From an uncultured Gammaproteobacteria bacterium (GTDB taxonomy: Bacteria; Patescibacteriota; Patescibacteriia; SG8-24; DYFX01), in assembly GCA_964404275.1 (NCBI GenBank), contig CAYOJH010000005.1:4471-68470 (forward strand): a stretch of DNA of 64,000 bases, written 5' to 3'. The first letter of the stretch is position 1, and each line of letters opens with the position of its first letter. A program made the position numbers and the translations under genes. The notes beneath the pieces are model-generated. The model was given only the letters and a program-made list of their open reading frames with translations, was not told where the DNA came from and did no database searches. Positions 8,781-18,691 of the stretch are shown piece by piece.

Positions 8781-9967
8781 AATTTTTTCTTGAGCTGATC
8801 GAGCAGGTTTCTGAAATCGATCGGCGGACGCAGGTAATCGACGCGCACGGAATCGACACGCACCGTGCCGCCGACGGTCTTGATGGCCGGCAGCGACAAC
8901 AGCATCTGCGTGTGGCCCTGCGAGGCGGCCATCTCGCGCAGGCTGAATTCCGCTTCGGCCGTGCGCCAGCCGTCCGCGTCGATCGTCGGCGGATGGTAAC
9001 GCGCCACGACCGCATCATACGGCGCGGTCTTGAGATCGGTCAGCGCGTTGATCGTCGGGAATTCTGGATCGAAGCTCGTCGCGCCCTCCGGCACGTAGAC
9101 GTGCTGGCCTTCGGTGTCAAGCAGCACGATCCGGCTCTGGCGGGATTCGATGCCGACCAAGGAAACGTCGTCGGGCGCGTCGATCCGGAGGCGGTACAAT
9201 CCCGGCTTCGCGCCGGTCAGCGCCATCTCGACCGCGCCGTCGCCGCGGTGCGTGCGCGCGAGCAGCGTTTCGCCGTCGCGTTCCAGCGCGATCTTGGCTT
9301 CTTCTTTATCGGATCCGCGCAAGCCGAGCGAGAGTTCGAACGGACCTTTCTGGACGTAGACGTAGAGCGTGCGCGCGCCCGGTTCGTTCAGCACGGCATC
9401 AACGGGCTTCTCGCCGGAAAGCGCAGGCAAACGCAGATTCCAACGCACGGGATCGAGGCCGAGCACCGCTACGCGTCCGCCGGACGCCAAAATCTGCTGC
9501 GCCGAGCGCGTCGTCGCTTTGCGTTCGTAGACGCGAAGCTCCCCGTCTTGCCGCGCGGACCAGCCCGCGTCATCCAAGAGCGGGAGATCGAGTGGCTTCA
9601 GATCGAACTGCCATTGATCGAGGTCCGTGCGCGCGCCGAGCGCGATGTACGGCTGTTTCTCTTCCTTGTATCGCAACTGCACGCGCACCGTATCGTAAAA
9701 ACGCGGCGCGGCCAGATTGAAGTAGACCGGTTCATCGACGATGTCTGAGTACCAGACGCCGTTTTCCTGGACCGGCTTGGCGCGATCCTGCGGCGTGAAG
9801 CCGCCGATGAAACCGTTCGGCTCAGCCGTCCGAGCCTGGGCGCTCAAGACGCCGGTCAGCGGGAAGTTGCGCCAGAAAATCCAGGCGAGAAAAGCCGCGC
9901 CGAGCACGAACCAGGCGAACCGCAGCACATGGCGGAGGAATCGGAGTTGGGGCAGCGCGCTACTCAT
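8777..9967 (-). CDS. Hypothetical membrane-anchored extracytoplasmic protein
   Basis: 396 aa, N-terminal TM, beta-rich body, coupled in the operon. Confidence 0.75.
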   Translation of the reverse strand: MSSALPQLRFLRHVLRFAWFVLGAAFLAWIFWRNFPLTGVLSAQARTAEPNGFIGGFTPQDRAKPVQENGVWYSDIVDEPVYFNLAAPRFYDTVRVQLRYKEEKQPYIALGARTDLDQWQFDLKPLDLPLLDDAGWSARQDGELRVYERKATTRSAQQILASGGRVAVLGLDPVRWNLRLPALSGEKPVDAVLNEPGARTLYVYVQKGPFELSLGLRGSDKEEAKIALERDGETLLARTHRGDGAVEMALTGAKPGLYRLRIDAPDDVSLVGIESRQSRIVLLDTEGQHVYVPEGATSFDPEFPTINALTDLKTAPYDAVVARYHPPTIDADGWRTAEAEFSLREMAASQGHTQMLLSLPAIKTVGGTVRVDSVRVDYLRPPIDFRNLLDQLKKKL

Positions 9968-11513
9968 GCGTGAGATGATACGCGGTTTCGCCCGCGATCG
10001 GACTGGTGGCGCCCGTCAGCGTCAAGCCCTGCTCCCGGGCCAGGCCTTGCAGACGAGCCGCTTCGTCGGCGGAGGGGGTGAGGCCGTACCAATAGACCGG
10101 CGCGTAGTTGATTGCGACCGCGGCCGCGGCGAAACCGGCGCGATCGGCGGTCGGAATGATGCGCAGCCGATCCGGCGCGAAGACCTTGTCGAAGCGCTCG
10201 GTCATGATGACCGCGTCGGAGGGAAAGACCGATCCGAGCAGGATCGTCTTCTTCGCCGCGTTCTGCGCCAGCGTCGCGCGCACGGCTCGCAGGCTCTCAT
10301 CGCCGGCGAAAACCGTCGCGCGGATCGTCAGCGCCGCGACGAGGATCGCGGCGATCGCGGTGAACGGCGCTTTCATCTTTTCGCGGAGCCGGACGAACGC
10401 GAGCGCGCCGAACGGCAGCATGGCGACGTAGGCCGGCAGGAAATACCGGACGTAGGACGTGCCGATCGTCACGCGGCCTGGATCGAGCCGGTCACGCACG
10501 GCCCAGCTGCCGTACAGGAGCGCGAGCCAAGCGGCCGTGAGCAGCGCCGAAACGAAATACGTTTTCTGCGCCCGCGTCGCTTTTCGAAATGCGCGGAGCC
10601 AGAGCAGGAATCCACCGAGCGCGAGCAGCGATTGCCACCAGAAGAGCTTGAGGCCGTACGCCCAGGCGTTCCGAGCGATCAATCTGGGGTGGAAACCGAA
10701 CGGCAGCGCGGTGGCAGGCGCGGTCGCGCTCGGCGCGGGTGAGGCCTGGCTCACGACCGCCGCGGATGGCGCCGCGACGTACGCCGTCCGGAACGGCGAG
10801 CCGTAGAGGCTAGCGTTCATTTGCAGCAGCAGAAACAGCGGAAAGGCGGCGCCGGCCACGGCCCAGCGCAAACGTTTCCAGCGATCCTTTCCGAGCAACG
10901 GCAAGAACGCCAGAAAGGCGGGCATGGCCCAGACGGCTTCCGAGGTTCGCGTCAGCATTGCCCAGCCGAAGGCGAAGCCGCCCAGCGCGTCGGCGATCGG
11001 CCGTTTGCGGAACAGGAAGCAAGCCGCGGCGATGATCAGCAAGTCGACGCACAGGACGTTATGAAACAAGCCGCGCGCGGCGTAGTACAGGATGGCGGGA
11101 TGCAGGAAAAACAGGATCGCCGACCAGAAGCCCGTCTTGCGATCGAACAGTTTCTCGATCGAAAGCCCGAACAGGATTCCGGCGACGGCGGTGAAGAGCG
11201 GCGTGAAGAGGAAGAACGGAAGCCGCGTGAACAGCCGGAGCGTGCCGAAGAGCAGGATCAATCCCGAAAAGCTGCCGGGCACGAGCGCGTCGCCCTGCAC
11301 GGCCATGCTGCGCGGATGGATCGCGCCGTTCCCGAGGCCGATCACCACGTCGCGTACCGCCAGCGACTCGCTGCTTGCCACGCGTTCGGCCCAGAAGGCG
11401 TTAGCCGTTTCATCCGGCGAATTCCAAAGTCCGGAGACCGGACGTCCGTACCAGGCGGTCAGCAGGAAAAATCCGAGCGCGACGGCGGCCAAGGCAGGGC
11501 GGAGGCGGTTCAT
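9960..11513 (-). CDS. GT-C fold (ArnT/PMT-like) multi-TM glycosyltransferase
   Basis: NSPDE acidic first loop, many TMs, R-x-x-E, YVRYFLP; start MNRLRP overlaps pgsA stop. Confidence 0.72.
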   Translation of the reverse strand: MNRLRPALAAVALGFFLLTAWYGRPVSGLWNSPDETANAFWAERVASSESLAVRDVVIGLGNGAIHPRSMAVQGDALVPGSFSGLILLFGTLRLFTRLPFFLFTPLFTAVAGILFGLSIEKLFDRKTGFWSAILFFLHPAILYYAARGLFHNVLCVDLLIIAAACFLFRKRPIADALGGFAFGWAMLTRTSEAVWAMPAFLAFLPLLGKDRWKRLRWAVAGAAFPLFLLLQMNASLYGSPFRTAYVAAPSAAVVSQASPAPSATAPATALPFGFHPRLIARNAWAYGLKLFWWQSLLALGGFLLWLRAFRKATRAQKTYFVSALLTAAWLALLYGSWAVRDRLDPGRVTIGTSYVRYFLPAYVAMLPFGALAFVRLREKMKAPFTAIAAILVAALTIRATVFAGDESLRAVRATLAQNAAKKTILLGSVFPSDAVIMTERFDKVFAPDRLRIIPTADRAGFAAAAVAINYAPVYWYGLTPSADEAARLQGLAREQGLTLTGATSPIAGETAYHLTHE

Positions 11514-12076
11514 AGGCCGTGGGCCAGAAGGCTGCAAAGCGCCAGGAAAGCCGCGATGCCGAAGAGCACGTAGGAAGCGTCTCGCGCGCCGGGAAAACCG
11601 CTTTCCAGAAAAATCAGGAAACAGGTCACGGCGACGACTTGGCAGACCATCTTCCACTTCCCCCACCAGTTCGAGCCGCGGATGACGCCTCGGCGCTTGC
11701 GCAGCCAGCCGCCGAGCACGAAAGCGAGCTCGAGGGCCAAGAGCGTCAGCGCGATGCCGATCGAAAACGCGCGGAAGAGCATCAGGACGACGACCGAGCC
11801 GATCAAGAGCTTGTCGGCGACCGGATCCCAAATCGTGCCCCAGGCCGTGATCTGGCCGCGCGTGCGCGCGAGCGAGCCGTCGATCAGATCGGTGAAGGCG
11901 ACGAAAAGAAAAAACGGCACGCCGACGGCATAGCGGCCGAAGGCCAAGAGCAGGATCACGAACGGGGTCAGCAAAAACCTGACGACCGTGATCTGATTCG
12001 GTCGCACGGAGTGCGGGAAGATCTTGAGGATCGTCGCCGCCAGCAAGCGGTCGTGCGGGTAGATTTTCGCCTTCAT
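11510..12076 (-). CDS. pgsA: CDP-alcohol phosphatidyltransferase
   Basis: PNQITVVR, TDLIDGSLAR...G...DPVADK, GKWK. Confidence 0.85.
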   Translation of the reverse strand: MKAKIYPHDRLLAATILKIFPHSVRPNQITVVRFLLTPFVILLLAFGRYAVGVPFFLFVAFTDLIDGSLARTRGQITAWGTIWDPVADKLLIGSVVVLMLFRAFSIGIALTLLALELAFVLGGWLRKRRGVIRGSNWWGKWKMVCQVVAVTCFLIFLESGFPGARDASYVLFGIAAFLALCSLLAHGL

Positions 12077-12096
12077 TCCTGTGCTACAATCAAGGC

Positions 12097-14223
12097 ATGA
12101 AACCGCTTCATTCTACCATTTTGGCTTCGGTTGGAGGAGCCCTGGCGGCCCTGGGCCTGGCCTCGCCGGCCTTCGCCTTGCTCCTGCCGATCGGAGGGAC
12201 CCTGTTCCTGGCCGGAATGGCGGAAACCGCCGGAAAGCTGGCGTTCCCCGAGGAACGCTCGCCGATCCGCGGCTTGTTCGGGCTTCTCGGAGCCCTGGCG
12301 TTGATTTCGACGGCCGGCGCGATCGTCTATTACTTCTCCAAGCTCGATACGGTCGGCCTTTCCTGGCTGTGCGTCACGCTGCCCTGGGCGCTGTTCGCCG
12401 TCTCGCCGTTCGGCGCGCGCGTGCGCGAACATGTCGAGAAACCGACCTTGATCGTTGAAAAATCTTCGCCGGAAGATTCCCTTTCGGGCGTGCTCCTGCT
12501 CATCGCCGTCGCCGCCGATCTGGCCGCGCTGCGCTGGTTGTGGGGCGCCCGCACGGCCGAGGCCATCCGCTCCCCATGGGAAGTCGTCTCGCCGCTGTAT
12601 TTCCTGTGGATCGGCCTGGCGGCCTTCTGCCTGATCGCGCTCGCCTACCGCCGGCGCTTTCCGCACCTGACCTTGGCCGCCGCGTCGCTGCATCTCTTCG
12701 CGATGCTCGCGCCCGCCGCCTTGGTCTATGCCGTCGGATTCGGATTCGATCCGTTCGTGCATCAAGCCGCCGAGAAGCTCGTTTTCGCCGCGGGCGTCGT
12801 GACGCCGAAGACGCCGTACTACATCGGGCAGTACGCGCTGGTGACGGTCCTGACCAAGCTGTTCCGTTTGCCGATCGTGGCCGTCGATCGGTTCTTGCTG
12901 CCGACCTTGACCGCGCTTTTCCTGCCGGCCGCCGCGGCTTGGCTCCTGCGCCGCGGCTACGGCGTGCCGCGCGCGCTCGCTTTGGTCGCTTCCCTCGGCA
13001 TTTTTCTTTTGCCGCTCAGCGCCTTCGCTTCGACGACGCCGCAAGGCCTGGCCGATCTTTTTTTTCTGCTGACGATGCTGCTCGGCGCGGCTTGGCTCCA
13101 CGGGCACCGTCCCCCGCTCGGTTTCGTGTTACTGCTCGCCTTCGCGGCCGCCGCCACGCATCCGCTCTCTGGCGTGCCCGCGCTCATGGCCGCGGTCCTG
13201 CTCATGATCGCCAAGCTGCGCCATGACGGGCTGCCGGCGGCCAGGATCGCCAAGACCGTCGCTTTCGGCCTGGCCATCGGAATGGCGGCCGTGGCCATCC
13301 CGTTCGTTTTCGCCGTCCGCGAAGGCTCGGGCGTCGCGCCGCTCGTTTCGGCGTTCCACAAACCGATCGCGGAACTGCTGCTTGGCATCCCGTTCGAAGC
13401 GCCCGGCCTCGCCTCGCGCTACCGGCCGATCCTCGACTTCGCCGAATTCCTGGCGCGCAATCAAGACGCGTTCTTGTTCCTCTTGGCCGGCGCGGGCGCT
13501 TGGCTCCTCTTGCGGCGCAGAGGCTACCGCCGTTCGGCGCTCGCCGCGGGCGGACTTTCCATCGCCTTGCTGATCTCCGTCGCGATCCTCCGCAGCAGTT
13601 TCGTTTTCAAAGACGTGATCGGCTACGAGCAGGCCAACTACGCCGATCGCTTGTACGACGCCGCGCTCTTGTCGCTCGCCCCGTTGGTCTTGGCCGGCGT
13701 GGCCTGGTGGTGGCGCGCGCTGTCCAAGGCGGAGCACGGAGTGCGCATGCTGCACGCGCTGCTCTTCGCCGCCGCCATCTCCGCGCTCGCCTACGCCGCC
13801 TTCCCGCGTCTCGACGACTACCGCTTCAGCCGCGGCTACTCGGCCTCGATCCATGACGTCCGCGCCGTCGACTGGATCAACGCGCACGGCGTCGCGCCCT
13901 ACGTCGTCCTCGCGAACCAATCGACCTCGGCCGCCGCGCTTTCGGAATTCGGCTTCAAAACGTATTACGGCTCGCAATTTTATTACGCGATCCCGACCGG
14001 CGCGCCGCTGTATCAGTCGTATCTCGAGATGGTCTACGGCGGCGCCAAGCGCGAGACGATGGAAGCGGCCATGCGCGAGATGCAGGTGCCGACCGCCTAC
14101 TTCGTGATCGACAGCTATTGGACGAACGCTTCAAGCGTCATCGCGGCGGCGAAAAAAACCGCCGATGACTGGCAGGACATCGACGGCGGACAAGCCATGA
14201 TTTTCCGCTACGCGCTCAAGTAG
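12097..14223 (+). CDS. Large polytopic membrane protein, possibly GT-C-like
   Basis: 708 aa, many TMs, GFGFDPFVH, soluble C-terminal domain; TGC-TACAAT 6 nt before ATG. Confidence 0.75.
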   Translation: MKPLHSTILASVGGALAALGLASPAFALLLPIGGTLFLAGMAETAGKLAFPEERSPIRGLFGLLGALALISTAGAIVYYFSKLDTVGLSWLCVTLPWALFAVSPFGARVREHVEKPTLIVEKSSPEDSLSGVLLLIAVAADLAALRWLWGARTAEAIRSPWEVVSPLYFLWIGLAAFCLIALAYRRRFPHLTLAAASLHLFAMLAPAALVYAVGFGFDPFVHQAAEKLVFAAGVVTPKTPYYIGQYALVTVLTKLFRLPIVAVDRFLLPTLTALFLPAAAAWLLRRGYGVPRALALVASLGIFLLPLSAFASTTPQGLADLFFLLTMLLGAAWLHGHRPPLGFVLLLAFAAAATHPLSGVPALMAAVLLMIAKLRHDGLPAARIAKTVAFGLAIGMAAVAIPFVFAVREGSGVAPLVSAFHKPIAELLLGIPFEAPGLASRYRPILDFAEFLARNQDAFLFLLAGAGAWLLLRRRGYRRSALAAGGLSIALLISVAILRSSFVFKDVIGYEQANYADRLYDAALLSLAPLVLAGVAWWWRALSKAEHGVRMLHALLFAAAISALAYAAFPRLDDYRFSRGYSASIHDVRAVDWINAHGVAPYVVLANQSTSAAALSEFGFKTYYGSQFYYAIPTGAPLYQSYLEMVYGGAKRETMEAAMREMQVPTAYFVIDSYWTNASSVIAAAKKTADDWQDIDGGQAMIFRYALK

Positions 14224-15490
14224 GTTGCGGTTGATAGCGGATCGGCACGATCGGGCCGCGCTCTTCGAGCGCCGGGTCGCGGCCGTCGTAAAGCGCTTCC
14301 AGGCGCGCGGCGTGCCGCGAAACGGATAGCAGTTCGGCGGAACGCGACGCTTCGCGCGAGCGTTCGGGCCAGGCGCCGCCCTCGTCGCAGACGCGCTTCA
14401 TGACGGCCACCAGCGCGGCGACGTTTCCCGCTTCGAAGACGAAGCCGTTCTCTCCGTGGCGGACGATCTCGGCCGCGCCGCCGATGTCGGCGACCGCGAC
14501 GGGAACGCCGTAGGCGAAACTTTCGCCGATCACGGTTGGCGCGTTCTCATAGCACAACGACGGCACGACGGTGCAATCCGTTTTCGAGAAGAGCTCGGCG
14601 AACTGGACCGGACGTTTTTTTCCGTAAAAGGCGATGCGCAGATCCTTGCCGGAGGCGCGCAGCGCTTCCTCCAACGCGGAACCCGCGCCGACGACGTCGA
14701 GGCGCGTTTTCGGACGATCTTTGAGAAGCCGTCGGAACGCTTCGATCAGCAAAAGGATGCCTTTGTGCCTTTCGACCTGCCCGATGAACAAGAAACGCGT
14801 TTCCGCCGTTCCGCCTCCGCCAAGGCTTCGGCGGACAGGCATGGCGTGCGGCGCGGGATTCGGCAAGATGACATGCTGCGCGTTCGGAAAAAAGCCGCGT
14901 TCCAGGTGAAACCGCATCAGGAAGCGCGAGGGCGAGATGACGATGTCCGGCGAGGCGAAACTCGTTCGCGCGAACGAAGCGAACATCCGGCTGATCGGAT
15001 CCGTCACGCCGAAACCGCGCTCTTTCCCCTTGAGGATCAAGCCGGACGGCGCGACGAGCTGCACGTCATGGAGCGTGTGGACGTGGCGGATGCCGAGCGT
15101 GCGCAACACCCTCGGCACGCGCCAGCCGAGGCCTTTCAGATTGTGCGTATGGACGATCTGCGGCCGTTCTTTTTTCAAAATGCCGGCGAGCGTTTTTGCC
15201 GCGTGGCCGTTCCAAGCGTCGAACAGGTGCCAGAGGAAGCGCGAAGCCGCCGCGTGCTTGCCGATCTCGCCGTAGAAAAAAAGATTGAACGGGTAAAAGC
15301 GATGGACCCGGATGCCGTCCTCGACGGTCATCTTCGGCTCGATCGATCCGTCTTCCCGCACGGGTTCCGCCGTCACGATCGAAACGTCGTGGCCCATCGC
15401 CTTCAAGGCGCGGGCTTCTTCCTCGACGACGCGTTCGGCGCCGCCTCGGCTGTACGGCGGATACAAATTGGTAATAAAACACACGCGCAT
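14216..15490 (-). CDS. Glycosyltransferase family 4
   Basis: YPPYSRGGAE, HTLHD, SPSRF, KG, ENAPTVIGE, GGAAE. Confidence 0.92.
   Translation of the reverse strand: MRVCFITNLYPPYSRGGAERVVEEEARALKAMGHDVSIVTAEPVREDGSIEPKMTVEDGIRVHRFYPFNLFFYGEIGKHAAASRFLWHLFDAWNGHAAKTLAGILKKERPQIVHTHNLKGLGWRVPRVLRTLGIRHVHTLHDVQLVAPSGLILKGKERGFGVTDPISRMFASFARTSFASPDIVISPSRFLMRFHLERGFFPNAQHVILPNPAPHAMPVRRSLGGGGTAETRFLFIGQVERHKGILLLIEAFRRLLKDRPKTRLDVVGAGSALEEALRASGKDLRIAFYGKKRPVQFAELFSKTDCTVVPSLCYENAPTVIGESFAYGVPVAVADIGGAAEIVRHGENGFVFEAGNVAALVAVMKRVCDEGGAWPERSREASRSAELLSVSRHAARLEALYDGRDPALEERGPIVPIRYQPQPT
14810..14839. repeat. REP-like imperfect palindrome in-frame within the GT4
   Basis: TCCGCCTCCGCCAAGGCTTCGGCGGACAGG, translated PVRRSLGGGG in the interdomain linker. 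Confidence 0.5.
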
Positions 15491-15509
15491 GCCATAAAAG
15501 TATAGCAAC

Positions 15510-16571
15510 TTATCCGCAAACCGTCTCGACGACGGTCTGATCGATCACTTTTGCGTCATACACGCGTTCGGCTCTGCCACGGGCCGCGCGGCCCATGGCG
15601 GCGGCGCGGTCTGGATCGGAAAGCAGCGTCTGGAGCGCATCGGCCAACGCTTCGACGTTCAACGGCGGCACGACCAGTCCCGTGACGCCGGGTTCGACAA
15701 GGCTGCGGACGCCGGGCAGATCCGAAACGATCGAGGGAACGCCGCTCGCCGCCGCCGCCAGCGTGACGAGGCCGAAGGCTTCCGAACGGTCGACGGAAGG
15801 CAGGACGTGGATCAAAGCTTCGCGATACAGCTCGGCCAGACGTTCGTCGGAGACGCGGCCGTGGAAACGGATGTGTCCCGCAAAGCCGGTCTTGGCCGCC
15901 AAGGTTTCATACGACGCGCGCAGATTACCGTCGCCGACGATCCAGAGTTCCGTTTCGGGCGCGTTCGCGGCGATTTTCGCGAACGCTTCAATCAGCATCG
16001 GCACGCCTTTGAAATAATGCGCGGCATCCAAACCTCCGACGAAGAGAATCGCGTTTTTCTTTTCTCCGCCCGGACGGAAGAAGTTCGTATCGACGCCGAG
16101 CGGGATCTCGCGGACGCGCGGATCGTTTTTCAAAAAAGCGATCTGCGACGAGGCGAAATACTCGCGGCTCGTGACGATGATCGCGTCCGCCGCGCGCAGG
16201 ATCGCTTTCAAGAAGAACGCGCGGTACAGAGAGAAGATCCGGGCCGCGAAACCTTTCCCGACCGTGTCCATGTGATACAGGACCGTCAGGCGCGTACGAC
16301 GGCCGAACGTCTTTTTCCAAAGCCAGACCCATTCCGCGCCGCCGAAGAACGGATAGTGCAGCTCGGCCGCGTCGAAGCCGCGCAGCTTCCAGAGCAACCC
16401 TGGAACGCAGGCGGCGTTGCCGATTTTGAAAAGCGGGTGCAGTCCCTGTCCGGGCGCGAACACGGCCGCGTCATGTCCCGCGCGCCGAAAAGCCGCCGCG
16501 TGATCCGCGGCCACGTTGCCCATGCCGCCTTTGTAAGGCGGAAACGTCGAAACGACGACGGCGACTTTCAT
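15510..16571 (-). CDS. Glycosyltransferase family 4
   Basis: FPPYKGGM, FVGGLD..HYFKG, SEAFGLV; start MKVAVV. Confidence 0.92.
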   Translation of the reverse strand: MKVAVVVSTFPPYKGGMGNVAADHAAAFRRAGHDAAVFAPGQGLHPLFKIGNAACVPGLLWKLRGFDAAELHYPFFGGAEWVWLWKKTFGRRTRLTVLYHMDTVGKGFAARIFSLYRAFFLKAILRAADAIIVTSREYFASSQIAFLKNDPRVREIPLGVDTNFFRPGGEKKNAILFVGGLDAAHYFKGVPMLIEAFAKIAANAPETELWIVGDGNLRASYETLAAKTGFAGHIRFHGRVSDERLAELYREALIHVLPSVDRSEAFGLVTLAAAASGVPSIVSDLPGVRSLVEPGVTGLVVPPLNVEALADALQTLLSDPDRAAAMGRAARGRAERVYDAKVIDQTVVETVCG

Positions 16572-16573
16572 AG

Positions 16574-17677
16574 CTACCACCACAGGATCAGCCGCGCGAC
16601 CGCCCAGTAGGCGGCGAACAGCGGGTTGGCGACGCGCGTCAGGAGCGAGGGCTGCATCTGCTGGAACAGGATCCTTCCGGTGAACAGGCGCGTGGCTTCC
16701 CGATCCGAAATCTTCCTGAGCCCCACCATGCGGACATGGGCCTCGCGCAGCTTCCGCAAATGTTCCCAAGAAAAGAAATACGCGTAGGCCCGGGCCTTTT
16801 CGCGCCACCAGCCGCTCTTGAAGGCGAAGAGCCAGAGGCCGATTTCCATCGTGATGAATGCCGGAGCGATCAGCAGGTGCGTCGGCCAGCGGTACATGCG
16901 GGTCAACACGATCAAACGATTGCGCTCCATCCAGAAATATTTCTTGATGCTGCGCGAAAATTCGTATTTGTGGAAGACGACCGAATCCGGCGCGAGGACC
17001 ACGCGGTGTCCCGATAGGCGCGCACGCCAGGAATATTCCAGGTCTTCGTGATAGGCGAAAAGTTCCTCGTCGAGAAAACCGATCTCGCGCAGCAGCGACG
17101 CGCGGATCAGCATGCCGGCGCCGCTGGCGTAGGCGATGTCGCGCATTTTCAATTTCGCCTGCACGGACGGGTCGGAGACCGGCAGCGACTCCCCTCCCGC
17201 GTAGCCGAAGCCGAGGAAATGAATTTCGTTGCCATAGGAATTGACCAGCTCGGTGCGCGGATGCAGCCGCAGGAAACTTTGGACGACGCCGATCTTCGGA
17301 TCGGAAGCCATCGTCCGCATCGCCGCTTCAAGAAAACCCGGCTGCGCTTCGGTGTCCGGATTGAGCAGGTACACGTACGCGTAGCCCTCTTCCAACGCTT
17401 TCCGCATCGCTTGATTGTTGCCGCCGGAAAAACCGAGGTTCTCGCTGTTTTTGAAAAAGACGCACGGAAATCCGCCCTTCGTCGTTTTCTGATCCGGCGA
17501 AAGCAGTTCGCGCGCGATGAATTCGCCGCTGCCGTCGGGCGAAGCGTTGTCGACGATCATCAAGGTCGCCGCGCCCGGCGCGATGCCGGCCTGTTCGACC
17601 GCGCGGAAACACGCGCCGAGAAATTTTCCGTGATTCCAAGAAACGACGATGATCGCCGTCCGCGCGTCAGGCGTCAT
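16574..17677 (-). CDS. Glycosyltransferase family 2 (rhamnosyltransferase-like)
   Basis: VDNASPDGS, NLGFSGGNN, LLNPD, FAYHEDLE, ERNR. Confidence 0.92.
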   Translation of the reverse strand: MTPDARTAIIVVSWNHGKFLGACFRAVEQAGIAPGAATLMIVDNASPDGSGEFIARELLSPDQKTTKGGFPCVFFKNSENLGFSGGNNQAMRKALEEGYAYVYLLNPDTEAQPGFLEAAMRTMASDPKIGVVQSFLRLHPRTELVNSYGNEIHFLGFGYAGGESLPVSDPSVQAKLKMRDIAYASGAGMLIRASLLREIGFLDEELFAYHEDLEYSWRARLSGHRVVLAPDSVVFHKYEFSRSIKKYFWMERNRLIVLTRMYRWPTHLLIAPAFITMEIGLWLFAFKSGWWREKARAYAYFFSWEHLRKLREAHVRMVGLRKISDREATRLFTGRILFQQMQPSLLTRVANPLFAAYWAVARLILWW

Positions 17678-18011
17678 GCGAGCGGTCTTCCAGTTCCTTG
17701 AGCGCGAGTTCGCGCGCCAGGCGCGTGAGTTTCTGCTCGTGATCTTCGAGCCGCGCGAACATCCGGAACAGGAGATAAAAAGCGGAAACCAGCGCCAGGT
17801 AGACGACGACGTCCGCGCCGCGGCCGACGCCGAGGCGATGCGCGAGCGATGACGCGACGTCCGGCTTCAAAGCGACCCCGGCGACGCCCAGCCAGAGCAG
17901 CGTCCAGAGCACGAGCTGTTTGAACGAAAGGCCGCCGCGCCGGAAACGCGAAACGGCCGCGGCGAAGCCGAAGCCGGCGAAAGCGAGCAAAACGAGCTGG
18001 ATGATGCTCAT
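17667..18011 (-). CDS. DUF2304-family membrane protein
   Basis: Three TMs, LGVGRGAD, C-terminal LTRLARELAL; follows a DPM1-like GT2. Confidence 0.8.
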   Translation of the reverse strand: MSIIQLVLLAFAGFGFAAAVSRFRRGGLSFKQLVLWTLLWLGVAGVALKPDVASSLAHRLGVGRGADVVVYLALVSAFYLLFRMFARLEDHEQKLTRLARELALKELEDRSHDA

Positions 18012-18014
18012 AGA

Positions 18015-18689
18015 TCAATCGAGGAAACGGCGCAGGATCAATTTCAAAGCGGTCTCGATGCCGACGGCCAGGTTTTGGCCTTTCGACAGCGAATAATCGG
18101 TGTAGACGGCTTCGATCGGCACTTCGGCGAGACGGAAGCGCTTGTCGGCGATCTCTTTGACGAACTCCGAAGAGACTTCCATGCGCGAGGTGCGGAGCGT
18201 CAGCCGCTCGGCGGCGTGGCGCGCCATGCCGCGCAGGCCGCTCTGGCTGTCGGTCACCCATTTGCCGAAGAGCGCATAGGTCAGCGCGTTGCCGAACCAT
18301 TGAGCCAGGCGCCGCGCGACGGGCATGTTCCCCTTCCCCTCGAGCATGCGCGAGCCGATCACGAAATCAACGTCGCCTTCGGACAGGCGCTCGAAAATCC
18401 GTTTGGCGTCCTCCGCGCGATGCTGTCCGTCGGCGTCCATCGTGACGATCTGATCCGCGCCGAGCCGGAGCGCGCCGGCGATGCCGGTGCCGATCGCGCC
18501 GCCCAAGCCGCGATTGACCGCGTGCCGCGCCACCAAGGCGCCGGCGGCCGAAGCGATCTCGGCCGTGCGGTCGGAGGACCCGTCATCCACCACCAAGACG
18601 ACGTCCGCGATGGCATGCGCCGCGCGCACGACTTCGCCGATCGCCCGTTCCTCCTGGTAGGCCGGAATGACGATGATCCGTTTTTCCAT
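18015..18689 (-). CDS. GT2, DPM1-like polyprenol-phosphate glycosyltransferase
   Basis: IPAYQE, VDDGSSD, NRGLG, DADGQH, DSQSG, SKGQ. Confidence 0.92.
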   Translation of the reverse strand: MEKRIIVIPAYQEERAIGEVVRAAHAIADVVLVVDDGSSDRTAEIASAAGALVARHAVNRGLGGAIGTGIAGALRLGADQIVTMDADGQHRAEDAKRIFERLSEGDVDFVIGSRMLEGKGNMPVARRLAQWFGNALTYALFGKWVTDSQSGLRGMARHAAERLTLRTSRMEVSSEFVKEIADKRFRLAEVPIEAVYTDYSLSKGQNLAVGIETALKLILRRFLD

Positions 18690-18691
18690 GC

